Shown here: one piece after another, positions 1-12,053 of the stretch | Position numbering within the stretch: position 1 is the stretch's first letter | Layout: each line of letters begins with the position of its first letter | NCBI GenBank assembly: GCA_963825865.1 | Contig: CAWGVG010000007.1 | Coordinates: forward strand, 1-64,000 | Reading direction: 5' to 3' | Source: an uncultured Nitrososphaeraceae archaeon | GTDB taxonomy: Archaea > Thermoproteota > Nitrososphaeria > Nitrososphaerales > Nitrososphaeraceae | Length of the DNA stretch: 64,000 nucleotides | Position numbers and translations under genes: made by a program | Notes under the pieces: model-generated | What the model was told of the DNA's origin: nothing | The model's database searches: none | Seen by the model: the letters and a program-made list of their open reading frames with translations, nothing else

Positions 1-985
1 CCCGTAAAACTTGTAGACCATCCTCTCAAACTAGTTTAACGGGTCCACGATATGTTTTAGGAGATTCTGAGTTAGCTGTGTTATTATTATCGCTGCTCAT
101 TATTATTATACCATTGATGTATCCTCAGAGATCTATTTCGTACTTTGCCATTTTGGACCGTAAAACCCCTTCTATACTAAATAACTAAATAACTAAAATG
201 CCCGTTGTCGATCTTCGTCATCGTGTTATATATGATGCTGATAGTTATAGCCAATACTCTTAAAAATAAGTGAATAGTTGTAATATATAATTTTTATAAA
301 ATTTGATTATAGTTATAATTATTACTACTTTGTAGGAGAGACGACGAGGATAATAAAGGTCTTAGCACTAATACGAATAGGAACCTGAATGTTTTTTCCG
401 TACAAGAAATACAACAAAGAGTTTTGGGCACATTCGAAATAGAATACGTCAAGGATATTATCAAAGGACATATGTTGGAAAATAGGGATAACGAAGCATT
501 GGAGTTTTTGGATAATGAACTAAATGTTAGATTAACCAACGCTGGACGTGCCCGTTGTAATTATCGTGAATATGGGTCTTTAGGAACATTCCGAGCTAAT
601 ACACCCAACTACTTTACCTTGCAGAATCTAATGTCTCGCTGTAGTTACGAAGTTTATCACTTAGACATTTCTTGCAGCTTAAGGTGTAAAATGCGTATTT
701 TAGATACTTTTTACAGGTTAGATGATTGCCTATTTAGGAAATCTCATCTGTTTGAAGATTCTAATCCTTCCATATCTATCGACCTCTACAATTCCTAGTT
801 GAGTGAGAGTAGTATATTTCTAATAGAGTTAATGAATCATTTTTCTATAGAACAAGCTTGTAAGAGAAACCATTCTTTTAGGTATTTTATGGATTGTATA
901 AATAAATTAAGGAGTAGATCTTAGATTAAGGTTAAATTATATTCGCAATCGTAAATGATTATATCAATTATCGGCTGATCTTAAT

Positions 986-1544
986 TTATTTAAGAGCCTC
1001 CTTCGCCGCATGTACCTGCAAATTACTAGGATCGAAATGTAGAGCATACTCATGACAACGTAATGCCTCGGTGTTGTTATTCATGTATTCAAATGTGAAA
1101 CCTTTGTTAAACCAAGCTTCTACTGAGCTGGTTCCAATTCTATAGCTTTTTCAAAACATTTTATCGCCTCTTCATACCTATTTAGTTTACCAAGAGATAT
1201 ACCCTTTCTATTCCAAGCACCTGCAAAGTATGATTGAATTCAAATGATCTATCATAACAGGCTATGGCCTCCTCGTACCTGCCTATTTCCATTAGAGCGT
1301 TACCTATATTGCTCCACGCTGTTGCTGTTGGTTCTAATTCAATAGATCTTTTCAGGAATTCAATGGCCTCATTGTATCTTTTCAAGAGTCCAGGCGTTTT
1401 TCCTTTATTTGCTAATGCTTCAACAAAATTTGGATCCAATGCAAGTGATCTATCATAACAGGCTATGGCCTCCTCATAATTTCCTTTTTTGTCGAGATCT
1501 AATCCTGTTTGAAACCAATAATGTGCTCCTTCTGAACGTTTCAT
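986..1544 (-). CDS. TPR-repeat protein (frameshifted near 1190)
   Basis: Repeated YEEAIACYDRS / AWSNIGNAL TPR consensus; the repeats continue in another frame past 1182. Confidence 0.8.
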
Positions 1545-1736
1545 TATGTCCTTAATGACATAAAATATAGCATTCCTTTAAATTTAATTGATCTGTAGGA
1601 TAGTTGATCTATTTAGATTACATATTATTATACTTCGGCAATAAATCTAAATTAGTAAAACAGAATTTTCAGGTAGTGTATTCTGATAATCTAGCAATTA
1701 ATTATTTAATGATTTTCTGCTGATGCAATATCAAAG

Positions 1737-1919
1737 TTAGAAATAATGTTTCAGCTGCAAAGAGCTCTCCTTTAGAGCTGACTGCCCTAACATAATTTGA
1801 TTTTCCTGCCATTCAGAAAGCATTTTGTTAAATAATAATCTATTTTCCCCTTTCCATGATTCTATTTCTCTAGCAAGAACATTAACGGTCTGTCTGTTTT
1901 TATCGTCATCGTCTGCCAT
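1737..1919 (-). pseudogene. Fragment of a small thaumarchaeal hypothetical protein
   Basis: VLAREIESWKG..ENRLLFNKML resembles a multi-copy Nitrososphaerales family; appears internally deleted. Confidence 0.35.
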
Positions 1920-2698
1920 TTGCTTAAGAACATCCGAACTTGATATTATTAAAAATAAGAATACCGAACAGTCATGAAGAGATAGTAAAGGATTTACCCT
2001 GTCTTATGTATTATCTCTTATCAAACAAGCATATGAAAGAAGCTGATCGATACCAATTCGCATAGGACTTGTCACTATATTTCGGCTGTGTACCTAAATA
2101 TTTGCCCTTTTTTGCCGGAGCATCCTCTTTATACAGAGGTAAATATATGGCAAAGCGTAATCTCAAAATAATCGTTATGTTATCTAATGATCTACATAAC
2201 GACAGTCTACTGTTTATCTATCCATTCAAGAAGCCAATTATATTTTGACAACTCATTATCCTCTTTACCAAATTTGTTCAATGTTGCATTGCATTCAGAT
2301 TTTATTTCTCGTCGTTCCACAGTTATTCCCATAGAAGAAAAACTTTTGTTGAAACTGTCTATATGGCAATTTAAGGCAGCTTCATCCTTAATTGAAACTA
2401 TCCCCGGGTTTATATTAGGTCCTCCATTAAAAATTAAATTCTTAAAAAACCCGGCGCAGAAATATTATACATATTTTTTAGCTTTAACCCTATTGACTAG
2501 CCATCGTCTAACAACAACAATGACAGCATCATTTTTTATTGACAGGTTGGTCATTTCAATAATTTGCCTTAACAAACATGATTAGAAACTCGTTGATAAA
2601 CTTAAACCTTTTGCTTATAAAATCAAACAATTGTAAAGTAATATTCAAAATATTATTCCATTTGTAAATCTATCATAATGAATATGAAGAGGCATTTA

Positions 2699-3173
2699 AT
2701 GAATGTAAACGACAAATCCTTTAGAAAAACAAATATCAAACACTACTACTCCTAGTGTAGAAACAAGAATAAAAGAACCATCTTATAAAAGAATTCTTAT
2801 TGTTGATGATCATCCTGATATCACCCTGGCGTTCAAATCAGGTTTGGAAGGGTATTATCATGATCATAGTTACAGCAGAATAAGATTTGAAGTATACACG
2901 TACAATAACCCCTTAGTAGCATTATCAGAATTCAAGCCAAACTTTTACGATCTATTACTAACTGATATTAACATGCCAATTATCAATGGCTTTGAGTTAT
3001 GTCAAAAGATATTAGAGTTAGATGTCAATGTTAGGGTTTGCTTTATAACTGCAGGAGAAGCAAATATCGAGGCGTTAAGAGAGATATATCCAAATGTAAG
3101 TATGGGATGTTTCATCAAGAAACCAGTTACAATAGACTATTTGGTCAAAAGATTATCGGCAGAATTAGATTAG
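2699..3173 (+). CDS. Stand-alone response regulator receiver (CheY-like), module copy A
   Basis: RILIVDD upstream of the ORF-track start in the same frame, LLTDINMP phospho-Asp, FITA, IKKP; 5' end uncertain. Confidence 0.9.
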
Positions 3174-3269
3174 CTCTGAATAAACAATAGGTTAATTGTT
3201 TACCGATAAACTAAATAAAAATATAAATTCTCTTTCATCAGGATTATTTTTGGCCAAGGTGTCTTGTAC

Positions 3270-4057
3270 CTAAGGGACTACCTTGATATTCCACTTTGCA
3301 ACGTCATGTTCAACAGGTTGGTTAGCTTGAAGTGGCTGTCGTATCACTTCTAATTCTATCGTGTGATCTCCTACTGGCAATGGTTTGAAGAACAGGTAAA
3401 AATTTTCAGCCATGGATGTATTGTTTCCTCCAGCAATAGGCGCTGGATACTCGAAAGAATTATCTTGAGGCACAATATAGTTGAATGGCTGAGAAGTAGT
3501 TTGACGCATGATATTAGATGAAACATCCTGGCCATCAACCTTGACCTGCATCAATTTCATCACTTTGTTTGAGTCTTGTGCGCAACTTAAAATCAGCAGT
3601 GGATTTTGTATCTGGATATTCGCCTTCATGGGGTTTTGATCCTGTAGAGCACTCACCGGGATATACAGTCAGGTAGAGTAGTTGATTAGATGATATTTCA
3701 CATTTTTGGTTTATTGCGTTCGCATTTTTTTCTACCGCAAAGGCTGGGTTGCCTATAAAGACTAGGGATTGGTTATTACCTATGGTTCCGCCATCTGCCT
3801 TAATACATTCAGGCCAATTTGTAGCGGTATTAGCAGGCACAGCATTCCCACCAATTCCACCACTTTTCTATTAGAGGTTCAAGCGAAGTTACTCCAGGTG
3901 GAGGAGAACTAGGAGAATAAAAATCAATACCAGATGGACTAGCATATAATTTTGAAGGATTGTTAATAATAAAGATGGTTGCCATTAATAGTAGTGTTAA
4001 GGATACTATCTGCCGAATGTGTAATCTTGCGATATCATGGGATAAAGGATGCATCAT
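3270..4057 (-). CDS. Secreted Cys-containing protein of unknown function (..KWWNWW..; LFFKPLPVGDHTI), module copy A, frameshifted
   Basis: Joins the 3' part of ORF 3830-4387 with 3535-3840 and 3270-3656; hydrophobic signal segment; paralog at 62516-63324. Confidence 0.75.
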
Positions 4058-4099
4058 CTTAACTAGATATTTCATAAAAACTAGAACGATATAACCCTT

Positions 4100-5469
4100 T
4101 TGCGACTCTAGGAGACGTGTGATTCGTTTAGTGACCAGTATCTCATTCAATACTTCGTCAATCATTATCTTTACATCTTCTTCGCTAGGGTCCATACGGT
4201 CTCTCATCTCATCTGATAATTTGATTTTGTTAGCCAGGGGTAGGATCCTCCTTTCCATTTCTCGTTGCATTTCTGCCATTCCAATCTTCTTCAAAATGTC
4301 AGAATCAACCTCCAAGCCTTTATAGATCTCCCGTCGTAATTCACTATCTCTGGAAACATTTGCTGCAATAGCCGAGCATTCCAACAAGAAGCAGATATGA
4401 TGATAGTCCTAAGAATAAAAGCGTAACAAGCCCAAATGGCGGATAAGCTGCATAGAATGGCATTCCTGGTTGCATTGAGCTAAATAATGACATGATGCCT
4501 ATGGAAGACATTATCAAATAGTTTTTCATGACTTTTTCGTTTCATTTTTCTTCCAATAGTCAAAAATGCAATAGCGAAAAATCAACCCGGATACTTGATA
4601 GCTAATTCCAAAGAGGAACTGAAATTGCCTTGAGTATATAATTTCAAATAAGGCAGGATCGGTTATCAAGTTTGCATCCCTTACAATAAATGTGAAGAGT
4701 TGGTAGAGCAATGGGATGCTAACTATTATCCAGAATGTGTTCTTCCCGATTCTCTCTGTATATGGTTTAAGTAATGAAATGGTGAGGATCCAAGTAAATA
4801 CTATCATCAGAGGTAAAACATAGTTTCCCAGTCCATAGATAAATGCAATATCACGAGATGGAATAGATACGGTCGTAATTAGATTCGTATAATCTCTGGG
4901 GACTATAAATTGGGGCTGTGGTTGATATACTGTTCGGTAAGCAACGGAATTGTAATTAAGATTAGGAATACAATCACACTGAAGACAACTCCATAAATTA
5001 GCATTGAAAATGATCTAGCAAATTTAAACCAATGTATGAATGTAAAAGATAAGACGCCAAGTATAACAGCTGACCAAAAATGACTGAGATACACTACTAA
5101 TAATGAGAATATCTTGTTATATCCATGGAAAATAAGCATTTCTGACATCGCAATAAACAATACAAGTGATATAGCGTATTGAACAGTGGAAGTGCCAATA
5201 TAAGCAATCCTAAACAATGAAGGTCGACTAGTTCTCGCTTGGATATCATTTCTTTTGGCAAATAGCAGCAATATAGTATTAATTACTGAGGCAACGATAG
5301 CAAATGATACAAATAGTAACAAATGCAAATTGCCAGGACTTCCTAAACTACTAGTTCCATAGAAGGCGTTTATGAACTGAGAATCTACCATAGTAACAAC
5401 AACAATAAGTGAAATCAGCACAAGTGCCTGCTTGCTACTACCACTTATTGCACTAACTATGGATAACAT
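4100..5469 (-). CDS. Multi-pass membrane protein with charged C-terminal tail, module copy A, frameshifted
   Basis: Joins ORFs 4903-5469, 4526-4807, 4344-4529 and the 5' part of 3830-4387; YPPFG and SRDSELRREIYK motifs shared with 61027-62409. Confidence 0.8.
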
Positions 5470-6266
5470 AAATTTGAGTTAGATGTCTGTAGGAAAAATA
5501 CCATATAAGAATTGTAAAGTTACTCTGTGTATATTTGACCTAAGACAATGTCAATCAACTATGTACATAATTAGTTTCTTACATAAGACACTCACGAGAA
5601 CTGCTGATGAATCGCTTAAAATCCTTCCATGTCAACTTATATTATCACTACTTTTCAAAGCTAAAAGCTTGTCTTTTGGTAAAGCCATTAATAAACATCC
5701 AGTGAGGTAAAAATTGAATAACCTTTAGTTTATGCAAAAATTGATAATTTAGAAAACTTAATTATCGTCATCTTCAATAGTTGAATAATCAGTATCACAA
5801 AAAACTTGTCTCAATGCTAGCGCTATTAGGATTACTTTTGCTAATATTATTGTTTTCAAAATCATTGCCAAATGTAGTTTCCAAAGACTTGTCGTCTTTA
5901 GGTGATAATTTGTTTGAAAGTTGTTATCTCCCTAAAACTATTTGTTATCCGACTGACGGAGAGAAATTTGGATATTTTATTTGAAAGACATATTCGAAGT
6001 TATACTTGAGAGACATAATACAGATAGGATATGACAGATGCTGATTATAGCAACAACATCAAAAATTCCTTTAGTTAATTCGTTATGCCAAACAATTCTT
6101 TCTGTTCCGAGCGTTGTGGTTTATATGGGTGCTTTACGCCCAGACGGTATTGTCATAACAATCAAAACATATTCAATTAGGAACTATAAGTGAATTGCGA
6201 GCCTGATTAAGTACGGTAATCCATGTATTATTGATGAGCTGACATTACACTATAAATTCTTGTTAT

Positions 6267-6551
6267 TTAAGCTCGTAAGGTTTTTGTAATTACGGAAGTA
6301 GAAAAATATAATAATTCCAAATCTGGATGTAATGGTTTCATCCTAATAGTATTTTGATTTTTATGTGCGTATTTGTGGTTTATACTTAATAATGAACTGG
6401 CAACGTCGCCTACATAATTCAGTATTTCCTTATAGTCTTTCCTGTCTTTTGCGCTGACAAACGTATATTCATATTCTTTTATATCATCCATGATTTCACC
6501 ATACAGACCCTGCTTAGCAAGTCTTAAATGATTTTTGTCACTAATGAACAC
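6267..6551 (-). CDS. Hypothetical protein (probably a fragment)
   Basis: Protein-like composition; no recognised motif. Confidence 0.35.
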   Translation of the reverse strand: MFISDKNHLRLAKQGLYGEIMDDIKEYEYTFVSAKDRKDYKEILNYVGDVASSLLSINHKYAHKNQNTIRMKPLHPDLELLYFSTSVITKTLRA

Positions 6552-6653
6552 TATACAGGTAAATATTACACAGTTCAGTTTTTTACCTTTATCGAATTAA
6601 TTTTGTCTGTATCAACTATCGATTATATCGCAGTCTGCTGCTACTTGTTATTG

Positions 6654-7151
6654 TCATTTTATCATTTCCTGAAAATCTTTATCATTTCTATACAAGTCCT
6701 TAAGATGCTCATTACGCGCCTTATCTTTTAGCATGTTCCATGTGATATCGTAAGCATGGATGTATTGGGCACAAAAGTCAAGGCCATCTCTTTTAAAATT
6801 ACATGAATGGTATGGTGGATCATAACTGGTGCCATTCTGGAAATCTGCCGTTGCGTTTTCTCTCCCCCAGTGATAACCGTTCAATTTTTGTACTTCTGGG
6901 CTCTTCAATATAAGTGGCTTTGTCGCAGATGCTAATAATCTAAATGAGTTGATCATTTTTTCTACTTCAGGTAATGTTTCAGGAACTTTTAATTGACCGC
7001 TATAATAGTCAAAGGTATAAAGTTTATTGTCTTTTATCATGTAAGTAGTAGTTTGATATGACAGAGGAGCTCCACTGAGCGAGCCGGTATATGATATTGT
7101 CCAGGCAGGGTTTCCAGCCACTGTTGTGGGATTATCTTTTAAGTATTTCAA
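6654..7151 (-). CDS. PsbP/Mog1-like domain C-terminal part plus small GY..G..D/FC..Y domain; 5'-truncated
   Basis: TTVAGNPAWTISYT...MIKDNKLYTFDY...LPEVEKMINSFRL fits PsbP-like surface proteins. Confidence 0.6.
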   Translation of the reverse strand: MKYLKDNPTTVAGNPAWTISYTGSLSGAPLSYQTTTYMIKDNKLYTFDYYSGQLKVPETLPEVEKMINSFRLLASATKPLILKSPEVQKLNGYHWGRENATADFQNGTSYDPPYHSCNFKRDGLDFCAQYIHAYDITWNMLKDKARNEHLKDLYRNDKDFQEMIK

Positions 7152-7536
7152 ATCCTCTGTCTTTGGTCTTTCTGCAAATATATGGGCTTCTTTCTGTGAT
7201 AGTTTTTTTTTATCAAAGTTTCTTTACATATTTCTTGTAACTGCTTGCGTTGCTGGATCGTTAGCTTGGACATATCTACTATAGCTACTATGCTGCTTTT
7301 GTTACTTGGTCTAAGGTTTCTTTTTCTGTCTATTCGGGTTCCGTGACGGAACTTTTGTCTTTTTACTACTACTTGCCATTTTTCTTACTTGACACCTCTA
7401 TCTCTCGAATATCGTAATATATATCATATTCGACAAATTTTATATTCTTCTAAAATTATCAGCTATAGATTCTTGTGTTCAGTGCTGATGATGAAGCCTA
7501 TTATTTAGTATATATAAAAAGACAGAAGGATAAGGC

Positions 7537-7875
7537 TTAACAAACAAATAAGAAATCATAATCACTTATTTGACTTCCTTCTGGAACCAGATCATATTTC
7601 TTAAGAGTATCAAATATCTTTTGATGATTCTCAGGTTCATTGCGCGCTAAATGAAATCTCTCTTCGCCTTTGTAAATAGAAGATACTATTATCTCTGGTT
7701 TTTTGCCTTCACAATTATTATCCAAAAATTGTTTAATTATCTCAACATTCCCTTGAATAATTAATCTCTCTGTCTGTTCTAATGCTTCTTCCCGTGTCTC
7801 TGGTTTGAATTGTGCTTTATCAAGAGCTCTAGATAATTCATTAATTCTGTTTGTAAATTCTTGCTTTACTGTCAT
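7537..7875 (-). CDS. Hypothetical protein (mobile-element-like)
   Basis: Intact 112-aa ORF with an AGGTGA Shine-Dalgarno-like motif upstream. Confidence 0.65.
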   Translation of the reverse strand: MTVKQEFTNRINELSRALDKAQFKPETREEALEQTERLIIQGNVEIIKQFLDNNCEGKKPEIIVSSIYKGEERFHLARNEPENHQKIFDTLKKYDLVPEGSQISDYDFLFVC

Positions 7876-7886
7876 TTCGACTTCAC

Positions 7887-8284
7887 CTAACTAATTGCTT
7901 CGACTTTGTATGTCGATTTTGTTCCTTCTCCAATTTTGGTGACATTATATAATGTCTTGTCAGGCTTTATTTGAGCTAAAATATGCCTTCCCTGATTTTC
8001 TGTTGTTTCCAGTATTCTAGTAATTTCTTCATCCGGTCTTTTGACTATGAACTGTGCCTTCCATACTTTGCCTCCAGTAAATTTTGAATCTCTTTACGTC
8101 TTACCGTCTGTTTAACAAAGTCAAGATTACCCATTTCAAGTAACTCTGTAATGTCCTTTTCTATAGTCATGAACGTGCCTTCAAGCATTCTTTCATAGTC
8201 TGTCTTTTCTTTTTCTATATTGTTGCTGTAGTTATTGTTGTTTGCAATATTGTTGGTATTGCTATTTCTATGCTCTTTAACCAT
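7887..8284 (-). CDS. SSB-like protein, paralog of 23293-23672 (frameshifted)
   Basis: Alternative frames give KAQFIVKRPDEEITRIL and VTKIGEGTKSTYKVEAIS*, matching QFLVKEPNSTIERIW and IWKTGLGSDTKYFAEAAS*. Confidence 0.5.
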
Positions 8285-8492
8285 TTCTAATTCAAAATAA
8301 ATGATAGGTTCCGAGGGTAGCCTTTGATTTCGCAGTGAAACCCCGGATAAAATAACTCGGGGCTTGACTCGAAGATATAGAAGTTATAACTCTTTATAGT
8401 ATATAGAAGTTATGATGATGCGTAAAAATTAGTCGTGTCATTCTTATTACTATGACGTTTTGTTAACAAATATGTTATGCTGATTTCATCTT

Positions 8493-8756
8493 TTATTGTC
8501 TTGGCAAGCTGAATGAAAATGTTGCACCTTTACCATCACTATTATTCTCAGCCCATATCTTGCCGCCATGGGCTTCTATAATATTTTTGGAGATATACAA
8601 ACCCAAACCTGTGCCATCAAAAGATTTTGTTGCAAATCTAGCAAATAGCCTTGGCATTACACCAGGGTCTATCCCCTTGCCATTGTCACTTATGCTAACA
8701 ACTATTTCACTACTATCATTTTGCTTACTTTTTTTTCCTTTTTTGTTATGTTGTAA
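8493..8756 (-). pseudogene. Histidine kinase HATPase_c C-terminal remnant
   Basis: Minus-strand frame reads SDNGKGID..RLFARFATKSFDGTGLGLYISKNIIEAHGGKIWAENN..GATFSFSLP; N-terminal part absent. Confidence 0.85.
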
Positions 8757-8959
8757 TTAAGCTGATGTATTGTAACTGACTAAACAAGAAGATAGTTGAC
8801 TAAACTAACTTACTGCTGCCCATACTATTCATTTCATATAACCCTTTTGTCGTACACACGCCACACATCCACTCTCCAGTCTTTCTTAATCTTTAATCTC
8901 CAATTAACACATACTTTTATAGCATCATAATTATACTTACAACGATGAGTGGAGGGACA

Positions 8960-9671
8960 ACGGGAAAGTCCTTGTATATCTACATGGTGGAGGATACACT
9001 CTCTTAAGTGCTAATTCTACATTAGGTAACTGCTCGCAACAATGGCCAATTCTACCGGACTTAGAATTATTTCAGTAGATTATAGTTTAGCCCCATCTTC
9101 GAAATGGAATCAAACAATTGATGAGGTGATTTCAGTTATACAAGCATTAAAAGAACAGGGTTATTCCCTTGATGATATTGCCATGTATGGAGATTCAGCT
9201 GGGGGTGGTTTAGTAGCTGGCTCTGTTCTTAAAATGCGGGATCAAGGGTTAGGGATACCAGCTGCGCTGGTACTATGGTCTCCTTGGGTAGACCTAACGG
9301 GAATGGGTGATACGTTTTTTACACTGAAAAATGCTGATCCACTCCCACTCTTAACACCGCGTTTACTATTAGCATATGCTGCTGCATACGCTAATCCATC
9401 TGATCAAAAGAATCCATATGTTTCTCCGGTGTACGGCAATTTCAGTAGCGGATTTCCACCTACTTTAATTCAAGGTGGTACCAAGGAAGTGCTCCTTAGT
9501 GATTCTGTTCGTTTGTCTCAAGCACTGGATCAAGCAGGTATCCCAGTCAAATTAGACATATACGAAGGCATGCCACACGTATTTCAAATATACTTCTTTC
9601 ACAACACTACTGAATCTGATATGGCTATATCTAAAACCAATGATTTCTTAAGGAAGTATCTAGGCTATTAA
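8960..9671 (+). CDS. HSL-family alpha/beta hydrolase (esterase), 5'-truncated or frameshifted
   Basis: YLHGGGY near 8980, GDSAGG nucleophile, EGMPHVF catalytic His. Confidence 0.9.
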
Positions 9672-10056
9672 TAATGTTGTTACTCAGGTTACTACTACTA
9701 TAGTCTACCTTTCTGTTATGAACACTATTCCAGCATTTTGCAGACACTGAATTAGCTCAGCTCGATCACTTTCTATTTTATTAAAGAGTTGACTAACAAA
9801 TTTTTCATCGCTTGATCTTCTTTCGGATATTTGACGTGCCCAGAGGAAAAAGAAGAAGAGACAACAACAACTACTACAGTGACAACAAATCAGGTTTTCT
9901 AAAGATGAATGAAGTAAAAAGAACTTATTCGTAGAGTGTATGTTTTTAGAAAGCCTAAACATACAAAATCACAAAAATAAGATGATAAACGGATAACTGA
10001 AAGTGTGTAAGTGATGTATAACCTATAGTACAGGTTATTTTTCACAGTCAATAATA

Positions 10057-10311
10057 TTACCAATGTGTATGCTCCTTGAATTCCTGACCGTGATGAGAGT
10101 TAAAGGTTTTTCCGCATTCATTACAAGTGTATAATATTTCTATATGATTAGATAATTGATTGGGTTCCTCACTTGTATCTATATTATATTTCTCCTGTAA
10201 TTCTTTCATTCTTATTTCTCTTTCTGTCCTGAAACCCAAACCTGATAGAAAAGACTCACTTTTTCTTGCTAGATTTACTATTTCTCTAAAATACTTGAGT
10301 AAAGAAGACAA
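10057..10311 (-). CDS. Small protein with C-terminal C2H2-like zinc finger
   Basis: YTCNECGKTFNSH..EFKEHTH. Confidence 0.55.
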   Translation of the reverse strand: MSSLLKYFREIVNLARKSESFLSGLGFRTEREIRMKELQEKYNIDTSEEPNQLSNHIEILYTCNECGKTFNSHHGQEFKEHTHW

Positions 10312-10633
10312 TCGCGCGCGATAAGGCTTGTATTTTTCTCTCTTTTCATCTGACTGCTGTGCAGCATTACATGCCTCTCTTAATATTGCTGTGAAGCCAA
10401 CAAGACATTTCTCATATTCTTCGGGCAGCCTTTCGTCAGTGTATCTTCTGACAAATTAGGAAACGTAAAATAAGTAGGATGAGTTTCCAACATTTTTAGG
10501 ACTCTAGGTAAGACATATGTTGTAGAATTACCGAGTATTGTTTTCTGCACGTAATGGAGCTGGCGATGAAATTGTAGGCGTAGTGGTAGCAGTAGACACA
10601 CCTGTATAAGGAATTACAGTTACTGTTATAAAA

Positions 10634-11235
10634 TCAGCGAGCGGAAGAAGGCAAAAGGCTACCAGTCAGCCCCATTACAACAGTCTGAGGCAAATTCCAA
10701 TCAGCATTAATCAAACTGCTACTTCCTATCTGAAAATTGCTTAGAAAGGAAAACGGATCAAAAGTGTTAACGTTTGCTCCTTTCCCAGAACTATATCCTT
10801 GCATTGCATTCAAAGCTGGGTTACCACCATTATTACCGCTGTTTGTCATATTGCTCGCTGTTGCTATTATTGACGTGATATATTGACGGCTTATAGGCAT
10901 CGCTGATACATGACTGTAACTGATCTTGGTAAACTTGTTTTTGTTGTTGGAGTCATATGTATTAAATTTACAGATACTTGGTTGTTTGGTAAAATATTGA
11001 TGCCAGTGATTTTAACCCCATCAACCATACTTATACCCAGAGTCCCAAAAACAGATGAACTATTAAAAATGTTATTAACAAATCTGAGAGAACCAAAATC
11101 CAATGTCCTGCCTGCCGTATTCGTTAGCTGTGCTGATGCAAAATGCGTAACACCATTTGAAATTACAAAAATGAAAAAGTATAAAACTATAAAACTATAA
11201 CTTGTTAGTTGTATAATATGTGTATTGGAATACAT
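10634..11235 (-). CDS. Secreted hypothetical protein (frameshifted)
   Basis: Signal-peptide-like N-terminus ending ASAQ; two ORFs abut at ~10895. Confidence 0.6.
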
Positions 11236-11706
11236 AAATAATATCTACACCTACGACAGGAAAAGACCAATAGATAAATGATTCTATGTTGATTCTGTAA
11301 ATTTATGACGTATCGAATTGCCTGTAAACTGAAGACAGATCCGAAGAGAAATTTTATCTGTATGCTGTCATAAATTTTTTGTATCAAGAAATGATATTAT
11401 TTGTTCCTTTTTTGAATATCTCGAAAGGTTATAGACGAGTCAAGGAATTTTGCAAAAGAAATAATTGCTTTGCAACAAAACAACAATGATAAAGATGCTA
11501 GAACCGATATCGATACTTAAAGAGAAACAGTCATCATACGATTCCTATTTGTCTTAGTTGCAGATCAACGGTGGACCCAGATAATAAATTTGAGATGTCT
11601 GATTTAAAACAAAATGAATAGCGAGCTTATCCTATTATTTTTTTGTACTTGACAATGTTATTCTTTTTGCTATATGTTATAATAATTGGATAAGCAAGGA
11701 AAGGAA

Positions 11707-11880
11707 TCACCAACGTTTCATATTAAATGTGTGAAAATATTCTGCGATCATTTCATTTTGTTTTAAGTAATCTAGATATTCACGCTTTTCTGCTTGTTGG
11801 ATGCATTTAACACAAATACCGCTTCTTGGAGTCTTCTTAGTAGAATCAACTAGCGCATGGCAATATAGACACTCGGCCAC
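11707..11880 (-). CDS. Small zinc-ribbon protein (not in ORF track)
   Basis: GTG-start 57-aa frame with CLYC..CVKC. Confidence 0.5.
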   Translation of the reverse strand: MAECLYCHALVDSTKKTPRSGICVKCIQQAEKREYLDYLKQNEMIAEYFHTFNMKRW

Positions 11881-12053
11881 AGTCTCAATTGGAATCTTTG
11901 ATTTGTTGTTGTTAATAATATCGTTAGATGGCGTGGTTATTATCCTAAGACTATTTTTGCAACTGTAGTATTTGATGTTTCATCTGTTAGAAAATACATG
12001 AGATATTTTGCCCTAAATAACGATCCATTGATAGATGGTCTTAAGATTTGTGC

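Noticed and set aside
176-200. CTAAATAA short tandem repeat (also ATACGCAT x2 near 36933)
   Set aside because: Too short to be significant in AT-rich DNA.
294-798. Overlapping ORFs at the window start
   Set aside because: No recognisable motif; 424-798 may be a real fragment but cannot be supported.
8560-8760. 66-aa plus-strand ORF
   Set aside because: Antisense to the HATPase remnant.
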